Shown piece by piece: positions 19,431-28,367 of a stretch of DNA of 64,000 bases. The notes under the pieces were generated by a model, which was not told the origin of the DNA, made no database searches, and saw nothing but the letters and a program-made list of their open reading frames with translations. The position numbers and the translations under genes are program-made. Numbering within the stretch: position 1 is the first letter of the stretch; every line of letters starts with the position of its first letter. The stretch lies in sequence record NC_017972.1. One strand, given 5' to 3'.

Positions 19431-20822
19431 ATGGCTTTCGTTTCAATAGATAACCCTGCTGGAATCCTACACCATGGCGGGCAGATGGCGTGGGATGCTG
19501 TATCAGACGAGCGCGTTGTGATGATCACGTTCACAAAGAATTACAAAGCTCTGATTCAGGAAATCAACTTTGTTGCAGGGGCGCCCGTCGTGGGCGTTCC
19601 TTCTTTCATTGCGGATATTTCCAGCACGCCCGGCATCGCTGAAAGATTCCACCTGCGCCCAAAAGTCAAAGCCATTGCCGGAACAAACTACGTTTTTGCA
19701 ATGATTCCTTCTGCGTTTTTGCCAGCGTCTAGTTCTACGATCAAACTCACCGGTAGTACAGCGGCTCTAGCTTACATGGGTGCTGGGGCTGGCCGTATGT
19801 ATATGCCTTCTGTTTACACAGGTTATATTTTGGAACGCGCAGGAGACGGCACGTACAGCGTTAAATCCAGTGCGACTATAAATATGCCGGTCGGTGCCAT
19901 TTCCAGTGGTTCCTTTGGTGTTGGCGTATCTGTTTTTATCGAAGAGGCAACCGCCACCTCGATAAAAATCAAAATTCCCGGTTACATCAACTCGTATGAT
20001 AACCAATATCATCAGGTCACGACTGCAACCATTAACAACGGCGTCCTTTCTGCATTTACAAACGCGATTCAAGGTTTCGGCACCGGCCAGCGCCAGATCA
20101 TTTGGATGGTTTACGACGCAAAACGTGTACGTGACATAAAGGGGCGTTACAAAGATTTGCAGGTAACGGGCAGCGCTTTGCAGGCGCTCGAAACCACAGC
20201 AAACCGAACCGTAGTTACCGGTATGTATGACCCGACCGGTTATAAATTTACCTACATTTGCCGAAGAGACGCAGCCAGCACAAACGTTGGCGTAGGTGAT
20301 AACTACCACTACGGCGCCTCCATTGCCAACACAGTTTTGATCGACGGTGATATTAACGAAAAAGCGTATTATTCTGTCGGCCACAACGCAGCTGGACAGA
20401 ATGCGCTGCTCGCTTCGACGGCATTCAGCTATCTGGCTGGCGTGACTCCCGTTTATTCTCCGCTGGATACAGGCTTTGTTCACAGCTCCGGTACAGTTTG
20501 CGTAGTCGGAGGACAAACCGATCCTACTTATGCTAGTTATTTCGACATTGATTTGGCATACGCGATTGATTTCGCTGCGTCTGGCGGTTCGCCGGGTGCT
20601 GCTATTCCGTTGCGCTTGTCATTCCGGCAGATTACGGGCCTCGGCCACTATGCAGGCCCGTTCGATCCAATTCAAACGGGTTATCATTACAATCCATATC
20701 ACAACAATAATCAGATTTTGCACAAAGTAAGCGACTCGCAATTCTGGCTGATTGGTTGCTTTATGGATTCGCCGACCGCTGATCCAAAACTTGGCGTTAT
20801 TTCTGTAAGCCCTCCAGCCTAA
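19431..20822 (+). CDS. Hypothetical virion/fibre protein (beta-rich)
   Basis: 463-aa ORF with AAGGAG RBS in the structural operon. Confidence 0.65.
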   Translation: MAFVSIDNPAGILHHGGQMAWDAVSDERVVMITFTKNYKALIQEINFVAGAPVVGVPSFIADISSTPGIAERFHLRPKVKAIAGTNYVFAMIPSAFLPASSSTIKLTGSTAALAYMGAGAGRMYMPSVYTGYILERAGDGTYSVKSSATINMPVGAISSGSFGVGVSVFIEEATATSIKIKIPGYINSYDNQYHQVTTATINNGVLSAFTNAIQGFGTGQRQIIWMVYDAKRVRDIKGRYKDLQVTGSALQALETTANRTVVTGMYDPTGYKFTYICRRDAASTNVGVGDNYHYGASIANTVLIDGDINEKAYYSVGHNAAGQNALLASTAFSYLAGVTPVYSPLDTGFVHSSGTVCVVGGQTDPTYASYFDIDLAYAIDFAASGGSPGAAIPLRLSFRQITGLGHYAGPFDPIQTGYHYNPYHNNNQILHKVSDSQFWLIGCFMDSPTADPKLGVISVSPPA

Positions 20823-20833
20823 GTGAGGCATTC

Positions 20834-22714
20834 ATGCAGTTACTAAATACGATTGCAAAACCAAACTCGTTGGTCGCACACGCGCTAGACTACGTGGCGA
20901 TTTACAGCGATCCAAAAGTTAGCCTGTACAAAAAGCTGCCAGACACTAACGATTTGTCGCTTGTCACCGAATACACACTGGCTGGCGTAAAGCGGCTGGC
21001 GCTTTCTGACAACGGCCAAGTTTTAAGTGCGCAAACCGCAACGCAAACGCATAGGCTTTCCGTTGCTGGCGCCAGCCCATACGACGTTGTAGGTCAATTG
21101 GCTGTAGCTGATAGAAACTACACGGTTGTTTTAACGCCTACCGCTGTGCAGGTAATTCGTGAAACCGTTGTGAATATGAACACCACGCTAGGCACGGGCG
21201 ACCGTGTGGTTTGTGGTTTGAAAACCTTCGTGGTTTACAACAGTTCCCGCTCCATTTTGGGTTCCTATGACGCTGGTTTGCAGGCCCCGGTTTCGCCCGG
21301 ACGGACAATCAGTCATGTGGCGCACATAGGCGGGGATAAATTCGCGTATTTTTATTTGGATGGAACCGTGAGTGTCGGCGCTGCCGTGCGGGCCTCCGCT
21401 GCATTGATGGGGCACCGGGATTCCGGGCGGCATATCGTGGCCAACAACAATACGCACGAATATGCGTATATGAAAAATGCGCCACTCACGGCGCCCGTGC
21501 TGGTGCGGCCTTTCACCCCGCCACCAATTCCTAACGAAATGTTCTCGATTGTTTCGGAAAGTGCTGCTCCGACTTTCACAATTGAACGAACGATTGGCGC
21601 ATCCGTAGAAGACCCTCCGAGTCTCGGCGTTGCCTCTGTAATCATTGCGCATGGCGGACAGGATAACGTCAGATTCGTTTTGGATCAGCCGTTAAATCTG
21701 GCGTCCACCGATTGGACTCTGGAATGGTCGTCGCTGAATTTGTCTGGTGCAGACGGCAATTATTATGCGGAAATCGCATTGCTACCAACTACTGGAAATA
21801 ACGGACTTACTGCGCGCTGGGGTGATGGTGGATTCCAGAACCGTTTGCAGTTTGGCGGTCGCGTAGACTTGGCGTCCAACAACTACAACGTAAACCTGAC
21901 AAAAGCTGCGGTCGTTAACGTACTGAAAAAATACAGATTGGTAAAACAAGGCGTAAATGTCGAGGCTTACATAGACGACGTGCGCCAGAATTTTGCAGCT
22001 GGTACTGGCACCACCTACGACATGGCCACGTTCCCGCTCGATACCGATTTGTCTGCAATTAAACACATTGTTATCGGTGCCTTCGCTTGGGGCGGTTACG
22101 CGCTCGGTGCAATACGCGGCCCGGTTAAGCTAACACTGGCTGCCGTCCGACCGCCATTTAGCATGATTACTGACGGCACTTTGAATCCTTCGCTGACGCC
22201 AGTAGGATCGCCTGTAATTATCGGAAACGAAATCCAGTTTGGTTCTGGTAAGTATTTGTCGATGCCTGCCACTTCCGCGCCTACTCTGGGTACGAGCGAT
22301 TTCGAGATTTACGCCGAAGTTAACTTAGTTAGTTCTAACGCCGCAGCCGGGTCGTCACTGTTCCCAATTATTTATTGGGGCACATGGGCCGCACCGGGTC
22401 AGCCTATAAACTTTGAGTTTTACTACAACGACGACACAAACTCGTGGGGCTTTGCGAACGATTTTAGCACGTATGCTTTATTCCCTCACGACACGTCTAA
22501 ATCGGCATGGCACAAAGTTCGTCTTACCCGCATAGCTGGGGTTATGACGGTGACAGTTGATGACGTTGTAATTGGCACGCAAGCGTACCCGCATAACATT
22601 TCGTTTGACGCAAACGTTCCGCTGACTATCGGACGCCGCGCAGGCGGAACATCCGGTAACGTCGTTTGGTATGCAAACATGGCTATACGCGCACTGGATA
22701 TAAAATTTTTATAA
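20834..22714 (+). CDS. Fibre/receptor-binding protein with two C-terminal LamG/ConA-like domains
   Basis: TDWTLEW...YRLVKQG...AYIDD...IVIG and SDFEIYAEV...WHKVRLTR...VTVDD...LTIGR patterns. Confidence 0.7.
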   Translation: MQLLNTIAKPNSLVAHALDYVAIYSDPKVSLYKKLPDTNDLSLVTEYTLAGVKRLALSDNGQVLSAQTATQTHRLSVAGASPYDVVGQLAVADRNYTVVLTPTAVQVIRETVVNMNTTLGTGDRVVCGLKTFVVYNSSRSILGSYDAGLQAPVSPGRTISHVAHIGGDKFAYFYLDGTVSVGAAVRASAALMGHRDSGRHIVANNNTHEYAYMKNAPLTAPVLVRPFTPPPIPNEMFSIVSESAAPTFTIERTIGASVEDPPSLGVASVIIAHGGQDNVRFVLDQPLNLASTDWTLEWSSLNLSGADGNYYAEIALLPTTGNNGLTARWGDGGFQNRLQFGGRVDLASNNYNVNLTKAAVVNVLKKYRLVKQGVNVEAYIDDVRQNFAAGTGTTYDMATFPLDTDLSAIKHIVIGAFAWGGYALGAIRGPVKLTLAAVRPPFSMITDGTLNPSLTPVGSPVIIGNEIQFGSGKYLSMPATSAPTLGTSDFEIYAEVNLVSSNAAAGSSLFPIIYWGTWAAPGQPINFEFYYNDDTNSWGFANDFSTYALFPHDTSKSAWHKVRLTRIAGVMTVTVDDVVIGTQAYPHNISFDANVPLTIGRRAGGTSGNVVWYANMAIRALDIKFL

Positions 22715-22725
22715 GGGATTAAGGC

Positions 22726-23529
22726 GTGAAGACGATAATTGCATGTTTGTTTTTGTGTATAAGCTCGGTGCAGGCCGCGCCCCCGCCAGTCAAGGAAACC
22801 ACGCCTACCAAACTGACGATTCAGTCACAAACAATCACAGACCTTTACGGGTTCAATTTCCTGTACGCTTTAAACGCCGACAAAGCCATATTGCTTAACC
22901 GTGGGCCGCGCCAGCAAGACGTTTTCCACACGGTTACGCAATATGCAACCACACACAACTATGTCATAACTGATTTCACGGTTATTGGGCAGTTTCAAAA
23001 GCTTGAAGGCCAACATTATCCAGTCCTTACGCAATTCGACATTCCTGAATTCCTAAAGAAGGGCGATCCAGTCTATATCCTCCAAGGAAAGACAAAATTG
23101 GAAGATGAAAGATCAAAGCTTTTTTCTAATTTGAATCCAAAGCCTCAAGTTTTCCCAATCCGCACTATGCACGACCTGTCCAAAACCTTAGTCGCGCTAA
23201 AGAAACAGCCGCCCGGATTCCTGATTCTGGACGTGTTCGGCGTGACTGATGAATGGGGCGACAAGCGTTCATATTTGGCGATTGAGGAAACTGTTTTAAG
23301 CCACCGCCTGCCTCATGTCGAAGTGGGCGTTTGCTACCGAGGATTCAAAACAGCATTAGCTTTAGGTCCGACCTATTCGCATGAAGATGCGGCGCTTATC
23401 ACACAACATAAAAATTCATCCAGCATCTGCGCAAACCTAGATCGCTTGCGTGCGTTAGGTAGACTGGACCTGTATATTCAGTCTGCTGGGAAATTCTATC
23501 GTGTCAAGGATAAACCAAACCCGCATTAG
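22726..23529 (+). CDS. Secreted/periplasmic protein, possibly periplasmic-binding-protein-like sensor fold
   Basis: Signal peptide MKTIIACLFLCISSVQA. C-terminal half loosely resembles ABC substrate-binding-type sensor domains (by eye). Confidence 0.5.
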   Translation: MKTIIACLFLCISSVQAAPPPVKETTPTKLTIQSQTITDLYGFNFLYALNADKAILLNRGPRQQDVFHTVTQYATTHNYVITDFTVIGQFQKLEGQHYPVLTQFDIPEFLKKGDPVYILQGKTKLEDERSKLFSNLNPKPQVFPIRTMHDLSKTLVALKKQPPGFLILDVFGVTDEWGDKRSYLAIEETVLSHRLPHVEVGVCYRGFKTALALGPTYSHEDAALITQHKNSSSICANLDRLRALGRLDLYIQSAGKFYRVKDKPNPH

Positions 23530-23785
23530 CAAATGGATTGTATTGGCGCTGATTGGGGTGATGTTCTACATTTTCATCCTCAGTCTGCAAAGAGAAAAAG
23601 AAGAAGAGGTTGTAAACGAAATACATGCTTGCGTCACGTCCGTGTGTTATGAGCTAGAAGGGGCCGGGCTAGCTTGCAGTATCCAAAAACCAAGAATAAC
23701 TAAAATAACAATAAGTAGATTTGAAGGCGCAGTGACATATAGATTCACACCAACCACAGATAGGTGCGCCGATGGGAGCGATTGA
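23501..23785 (+). CDS. Small single-TM protein with 4-Cys extracytoplasmic domain
   Basis: WIVLALIGVMFYIFILSL TM segment, then C..C..C..C. Overlaps both neighbours. Confidence 0.65.
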   Translation: MSRINQTRISKWIVLALIGVMFYIFILSLQREKEEEVVNEIHACVTSVCYELEGAGLACSIQKPRITKITISRFEGAVTYRFTPTTDRCADGSD

Positions 23786-24278
23786 CGTTCTTTACTCCAG
23801 TCCAATCCCTGTTGCCTTGGCTATGGGTTTCAATGTAATTCTGCTCGCAGTGTTTTACTTTTACGTTTTTCCTTTGCAGGAAGAGGTAAAAGCGTTGCGA
23901 CTCCGCTCTGCCGACTTTGACGCAAAATATATGGACTCCGTTACCACCATTTCGGAGTCCGTCGAAGTGATCGAACAAATGAGCGGTAAGCTCAGTGAGA
24001 TTCACGTCTTTCTAAAAACGCCTAGCGCCGACGTGGCCGCTTTAGCTTCGGTCTGCACCAGCATCCTCGCGGTCGTACAGGATATCCGTTCCAGCGCAAG
24101 CCACGGCGATCCTAGAAAACATGCAGAATTGTTGTCGTTAATCGAAGCACTGGGACGTAACTCCGAACGGATTCTGCGTACTGTTTCTGATGTAAGCGAT
24201 AAACAAAGTCAGGTAACTGGCATCATGTTAGGCATGGGTATGCAGCGCCATTCGGGGGACGGCCCGCGTGGCGTCTGA
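23772..24278 (+). CDS. Single-TM protein with helical/coiled-coil domain
   Basis: PVALAMGFNVILLAVFYFYVFPL TM segment followed by heptad-like helices. Confidence 0.7.
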   Translation: MGAIDVLYSSPIPVALAMGFNVILLAVFYFYVFPLQEEVKALRLRSADFDAKYMDSVTTISESVEVIEQMSGKLSEIHVFLKTPSADVAALASVCTSILAVVQDIRSSASHGDPRKHAELLSLIEALGRNSERILRTVSDVSDKQSQVTGIMLGMGMQRHSGDGPRGV

Positions 24279-24293
24279 CCTTCGAGGCTTCCA

Positions 24294-25079
24294 ATGGTAA
24301 CATTCACTCCGAACAACATTCGTTATAGATCGGTTGCAGCGTGTGCCCTAGAACATTTCTATGGGGCGAAGTCGTACATGCTTAACGTGGTTATAAACGA
24401 ACAAAACCAGTTCAGCGAAACAGCAAAGGAAACTTTGCTTTTGCTGTTCAATTCGTACTGCAAGTGGGCGCAGGAAGTCGAATCTCTTTTCCTAAACAGG
24501 CCGACACTAACTGACAAGGAAGTCGGTGCCTGCATAGAACTCGCAAACGAGATTCAGAGCGATCACTTGCAAATCTTCGCTGAAAATCCGCAAATCTTTG
24601 AACCTCGGTTTATAGAAATTTGGTGGCAGGCGAATACGGGCACTAGGCAAGCTTTCCGCTCAGCGGTTAAGGGCACCGAAGGCCAGTCCCATCTGGAAGC
24701 CTACCCGCTAATCATTTCGGCACTTAGTTCTGCGTTGCAAATGTGCATGTACGAGCTGTACGAAATTGATTGTTTACTGGGTTCTGATTTGGTCGCCGAC
24801 CAATGCAGTACCAACCGCACTAATAGAAATCGAATGATTCTCTATGTAAACAATTACGCAATAGAATGCTATAAAGCCACGGGCGTTTTCATGTGCGCGG
24901 AACGCCTAAAGATTTACCGGCGTTATACGTGCAGCCGAATCCCGGTTTTGATAAAAAACCATTCGTCGAGTAATTTAACGTATAACGGAATTATCGAAGG
25001 GGACGAGCCACTCGCGTCCTTAATCCGTCAATGTGTAGGTGAAAACATCGACATTGTTGACATTGAAACACCAATGTAA
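24294..25079 (+). CDS. Hypothetical cytoplasmic protein
   Basis: 261-aa ORF with GAGG RBS and no TM segment. Confidence 0.7.
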   Translation: MVTFTPNNIRYRSVAACALEHFYGAKSYMLNVVINEQNQFSETAKETLLLLFNSYCKWAQEVESLFLNRPTLTDKEVGACIELANEIQSDHLQIFAENPQIFEPRFIEIWWQANTGTRQAFRSAVKGTEGQSHLEAYPLIISALSSALQMCMYELYEIDCLLGSDLVADQCSTNRTNRNRMILYVNNYAIECYKATGVFMCAERLKIYRRYTCSRIPVLIKNHSSSNLTYNGIIEGDEPLASLIRQCVGENIDIVDIETPM

Positions 25080-25093
25080 AGAGGAAATAAAGC

Positions 25094-26086
25094 ATGGCAA
25101 ATATTAACGGTGATTTGCAGGTCGTAGGTAAACACCTTGATCTGAAACTGGAAGCGCTGGGCGTTGACCCCGGCTCTCCCGTAGCTGGCCGCGTCTGGTT
25201 CGACACCGTAACTGGCAACATTAAGTTCGGTAATGGTACTGTCGCAAAAGCGGTTGGTGAAGTTACCAACGCCCAGCTGACTGCCGCTACCGCTGGTTTC
25301 GTAACTGAATCGGCAATGGATAGCGCAATTGAAAACGCGCTGGCCGGTCTGGATTTCCAAGCTGACGTTCTCGGCAAGGAAACCGATTTCGTCGATGCTG
25401 CTGGTCGTTACATTTACGTCGATGGCACCACCTTCGCAACCGGCGTTGCTGCCGCTGCTGGTGATATCGTCGAAGTCGATGCTGCTGGTGTAATTCTGTC
25501 GGTTGCTTACGACGTTTCTGTCGCCGGTCCGGGCGCCCTTTCGTGGAACCGCACCGATTCCAAATGGTATCGTTGGGACGGCGCCACTTGGGATGTTTTC
25601 GGTGGCCTGTCGGGTAATACCGCTGGTAACGGTTTGCAGGATACCGCTGGCACTTTCAGCGTTAAACCTGCGGACGCTACCATTGTTGTCGATGCTTCTG
25701 GTGTAAAAGTTGGTGATTTGTCGGGCACTTATGTGACCCCGGCTGCACAAACTGCCGCACTGGCCGACTACGACACCAGCACCGAAGTAGATGGTAAAAT
25801 CAGCACCGCCGTTTCTGGTCTGGCTACTGCCGCATCGGTTACTGCTGTTTCTGATCGTCTGGTAGGTTCGTGGTACACCGTTACCACTTCCGCACCAAAC
25901 ACCACTCACACCGTAACTCACAACATCGGCAACCGTTATCCGGTTGTTCAAGTTGTGGACAAAGCAACCAATAAACCGGTTGTTCCAGACTCCATCGAGT
26001 TCACTACCGATAACGAATTCGTGATTACTTTCGCGAGCGCTATCGACGTGATTGTTTCGGTGGTCGGTCTGAAACCAGCTGCCTAA
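25094..26086 (+). CDS. Abundant virion protein (head/tail fibre or decoration-like)
   Basis: Strongly biased codons (GCT, ACC, GGT, TTC). GRVWFDT motif and C-terminal HTVTHNIG.RYPVVQV motif seen in phage fibre proteins. Has its own terminator. Confidence 0.65.
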   Translation: MANINGDLQVVGKHLDLKLEALGVDPGSPVAGRVWFDTVTGNIKFGNGTVAKAVGEVTNAQLTAATAGFVTESAMDSAIENALAGLDFQADVLGKETDFVDAAGRYIYVDGTTFATGVAAAAGDIVEVDAAGVILSVAYDVSVAGPGALSWNRTDSKWYRWDGATWDVFGGLSGNTAGNGLQDTAGTFSVKPADATIVVDASGVKVGDLSGTYVTPAAQTAALADYDTSTEVDGKISTAVSGLATAASVTAVSDRLVGSWYTVTTSAPNTTHTVTHNIGNRYPVVQVVDKATNKPVVPDSIEFTTDNEFVITFASAIDVIVSVVGLKPAA

Positions 26087-26099
26087 TCTAGGCATTGAG

Positions 26100-26122
26100 A
26101 AAGGGGCCTAGCGCCCCTTTTT
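26100..26122 (+). terminator. Rho-independent terminator
   Basis: AAAGGGGC-CTAGC-GCCCCTTTTT. Confidence 0.85.
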
Positions 26123-26143
26123 CTTTTTCGGGGGAAAATAAAG

Positions 26144-26317
26144 ATGATGGTTTTGATTGATACTCAGCCGATTAAAAACAAGGTCGTGCTGGCGCGGATG
26201 AAACGGCTGAATCGCCGCAAGATGCTCAATCGTCAAGATACCGTGGACGACGAAGGCGAGAAGGTGGGTTCGGACCGTGGCGGAAAAGAAGCGACTTTCA
26301 CTAAGCGGAGTATGTGA
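26144..26317 (+). CDS. Small basic hypothetical protein (57 aa, not in ORF track)
   Basis: ATGATG...ATGTGA translates as MMVLIDTQPIKNKVVLARMKRLNRRK...; GGGG RBS-like tract upstream. Confidence 0.55.
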   Translation: MMVLIDTQPIKNKVVLARMKRLNRRKMLNRQDTVDDEGEKVGSDRGGKEATFTKRSM

Positions 26318-26319
26318 CC

Positions 26320-26586
26320 ATGTGGGGATGGTTGAAGACTAGAGCAAACTGGAAATACGTTGTAGGATCACTGATCTTCTTTGTGAGTTTGTTCGCCATT
26401 GTTTTTCAGCGCAAAGAAACGCCAGAACCGGATAACTACAAAGGCGATGCGCTAGAATCTCAGGTGAACGTGGCGCCAATCGAAAAAGCGCACAAGGAAA
26501 TCTCGGACGTACTCAAGCCAGTACCTAGCACCAAATCAAACGAAATTGATGACGCCATAAGGACGTGGAAGAATCTAGGAGGCTAA
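26320..26586 (+). CDS. Single-TM membrane protein (candidate i-spanin-like or antiholin)
   Basis: YVVGSLIFFVSLFAIVF TM segment plus short helical tail. GGAG 9 nt before the ATG at 26320. Confidence 0.55.
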   Translation: MWGWLKTRANWKYVVGSLIFFVSLFAIVFQRKETPEPDNYKGDALESQVNVAPIEKAHKEISDVLKPVPSTKSNEIDDAIRTWKNLGG

Positions 26587-26590
26587 AAAT

Positions 26591-27088
26591 ATGGAATTCA
26601 TTATAACCAGCATTGAGAAGGCAATCGAAGTGCCTCTCGATGAAGCATTCGGTTATTTCTTTATCACCCTATGCGGTGTACTTGTTAGCTGGATTTACAA
26701 GTGCCGACGCGAAGGGATCAAACTGTCGTCGTACTGGCTGGAAAACGTGTGGAGTTCGCTGGGCGTTTTCAGCGCGGCACTCGCTGCGTTTCTGGTGACG
26801 ATTATCACAGAACCGGGCGTGGGAAAAATAACGTATCTTGCAATCGGTTTGGCTGCGGATTCCATGCTGAATAAACCGCCGCTGCCAATTGCCGTGCGTG
26901 ACGCCCTGACGAAAATTCAGGCGGTACAAAATGAGAACGCTAATCCTACTGGCACTGTTGTTCCTCCCGGCGTGCTCAAGCCAGATGCCACAAACGCCGC
27001 AATCGAACATGCAATTGAAAAAGTTGGACGAACTTACGTTGCAGGCGTCCCTACCGGCGCGGCCCAGTCCGATAGCGATCCAAAATAA
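26591..27088 (+). CDS. Holin-like membrane protein
   Basis: 2-3 hydrophobic segments (FGYFFITLCGVLVSWIY; LGVFSAALAAFLVTII; ITYLAIGLAA), between other lysis-like genes. GGAGG RBS. Confidence 0.55.
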   Translation: MEFIITSIEKAIEVPLDEAFGYFFITLCGVLVSWIYKCRREGIKLSSYWLENVWSSLGVFSAALAAFLVTIITEPGVGKITYLAIGLAADSMLNKPPLPIAVRDALTKIQAVQNENANPTGTVVPPGVLKPDATNAAIEHAIEKVGRTYVAGVPTGAAQSDSDPK

Positions 27089-27377
27089 CGGCGTTTCGTA
27101 TGCTGGTTTTACTGTGTCCCAGTTAGACCAGCTTACCGACTACGCCAAGCAGGCAGAAGCAAATACCAAAGCTTTGAATTTGCTGGCGGATGCGCACAAC
27201 AGCACAATCCGGCAGTACAATTTAATGGTGGATATTGCGAAGCAGCAGGAAGCACGGGCGAACGAAAACTATAGTCGCTACGTGCAGGAATTTGAAGCGC
27301 ACCAGAGTGACAAGCACTGGTGGGCAATTGAGAAAGTTTTCTGGCAGGCGCTAGCCATTATCGGCCTAGCGTTATAA
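26931..27377 (+). CDS. Lipoprotein, spanin candidate
   Basis: MRTLILLALLFLPAC lipobox, long helical body, hydrophobic C-terminus. Overlaps the upstream gene by 158 bp. Confidence 0.65.
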   Translation: MRTLILLALLFLPACSSQMPQTPQSNMQLKKLDELTLQASLPARPSPIAIQNNGVSYAGFTVSQLDQLTDYAKQAEANTKALNLLADAHNSTIRQYNLMVDIAKQQEARANENYSRYVQEFEAHQSDKHWWAIEKVFWQALAIIGLAL

Positions 27378-27402
27378 GGCGGGATTTGCGAGGGGAATAG
27401 TT

Positions 27403-27849
27403 GTGAAAATCAGTGAACACTACACCGACCTAGACGTTAGCTTTGACTTGCTGGCGCTCAAATCAAAGATCGACAACACGCCATCGCGTGCGGTCCTGAT
27501 CAATGCGGAAGTTTTGGCCGCAAACATTCTGGAACCGCTGCGCGACGAAGGATTTGATTTCAGGATTGCCAGCTGGTACAGAAGCAATGCGCTGGAACGC
27601 GAATATTGCAAACTGAGTTTCCACAACTGGACCCGTGAACAGGGGTTGCCATTTAACGAATCCAGCTGGGCGCAATACCTGCGAGACAAACAGCACATTC
27701 ACGGTTACGCCGTGGCGATTGTATCCAACGATTCACAACAGATTTTCGAGTGGCTGCAAAACCACACGTTCGACCTGTTGCAGCTGCGCAACGGATATAT
27801 CTACGTCTCGTATGTAGATGGTAAAAACCGTAAGATGGTACTGAAATAA
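27403..27849 (+). CDS. Peptidase M15A-family protein, probably degenerate active site
   Basis: KISEHYT...IDNTP...LAANILEPLR...SWYRS...QH..G.A matches the M15A pattern, but the expected Asp and second His are Ala and Tyr. Confidence 0.75.
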   Translation: MKISEHYTDLDVSFDLLALKSKIDNTPSRAVLINAEVLAANILEPLRDEGFDFRIASWYRSNALEREYCKLSFHNWTREQGLPFNESSWAQYLRDKQHIHGYAVAIVSNDSQQIFEWLQNHTFDLLQLRNGYIYVSYVDGKNRKMVLK

Positions 27850-27887
27850 AAAAGCCCCCGTTTCCTTCGTGGATTCGGGGGCTTTTT
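27848..27887. terminator. Bidirectional terminator at the convergence of the two transcription blocks
   Basis: AAAAAAGCCCCCG-15nt-CGGGGGCTTTTT between a + stop (27849) and a - stop (27893). Confidence 0.9.
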
Positions 27888-27892
27888 CGTTT

Positions 27893-28339
27893 CTAGCCTA
27901 CAGCAATTTCGTCTTCAAAGCCTTGCTCAAGCGCACCCAAGAAAATCTTGGGCGTGTGGGCTGTAGGTTCGCGCAATTTCTCAAGCAGCTTCACAATGTC
28001 ATCGCTGGGTTTATTCCAACGGAAATCTACGGTTTCGCGGTCGATGCGTACCACGTCCACCGTGATAGCAACTGCAACAAACTCGGAAAGTTTGCGTTTG
28101 CTGTGCAGCATGAATTTTTGTACGTCGTTTAAGACGATTGGAACAAACAGCATGTTAGTAGGGTTGCCGCCGTGTTCCAGAATCCCGTTGCGCACGTCGA
28201 GGAACTGGTGCGTGCCCCCGAGCACTAGCACACGTCCGCTCTTTGTGGAATGCGCGATCATGGACAGTAATGCAAAGGTTTTACCGGAGCGTTGGGCACC
28301 GATAAACATGCAGGTTCTTTTTGGTACTTTGACTTCCAT
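27893..28339 (-). CDS. Small P-loop NTPase-like protein
   Basis: Walker A-like MFIGAQRSGKT near the N-terminus. Confidence 0.6.
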   Translation of the reverse strand: MEVKVPKRTCMFIGAQRSGKTFALLSMIAHSTKSGRVLVLGGTHQFLDVRNGILEHGGNPTNMLFVPIVLNDVQKFMLHSKRKLSEFVAVAITVDVVRIDRETVDFRWNKPSDDIVKLLEKLREPTAHTPKIFLGALEQGFEDEIAVG

Positions 28340-28367
28340 AAAACGATCCTCTTATTTGGGATTTTGT

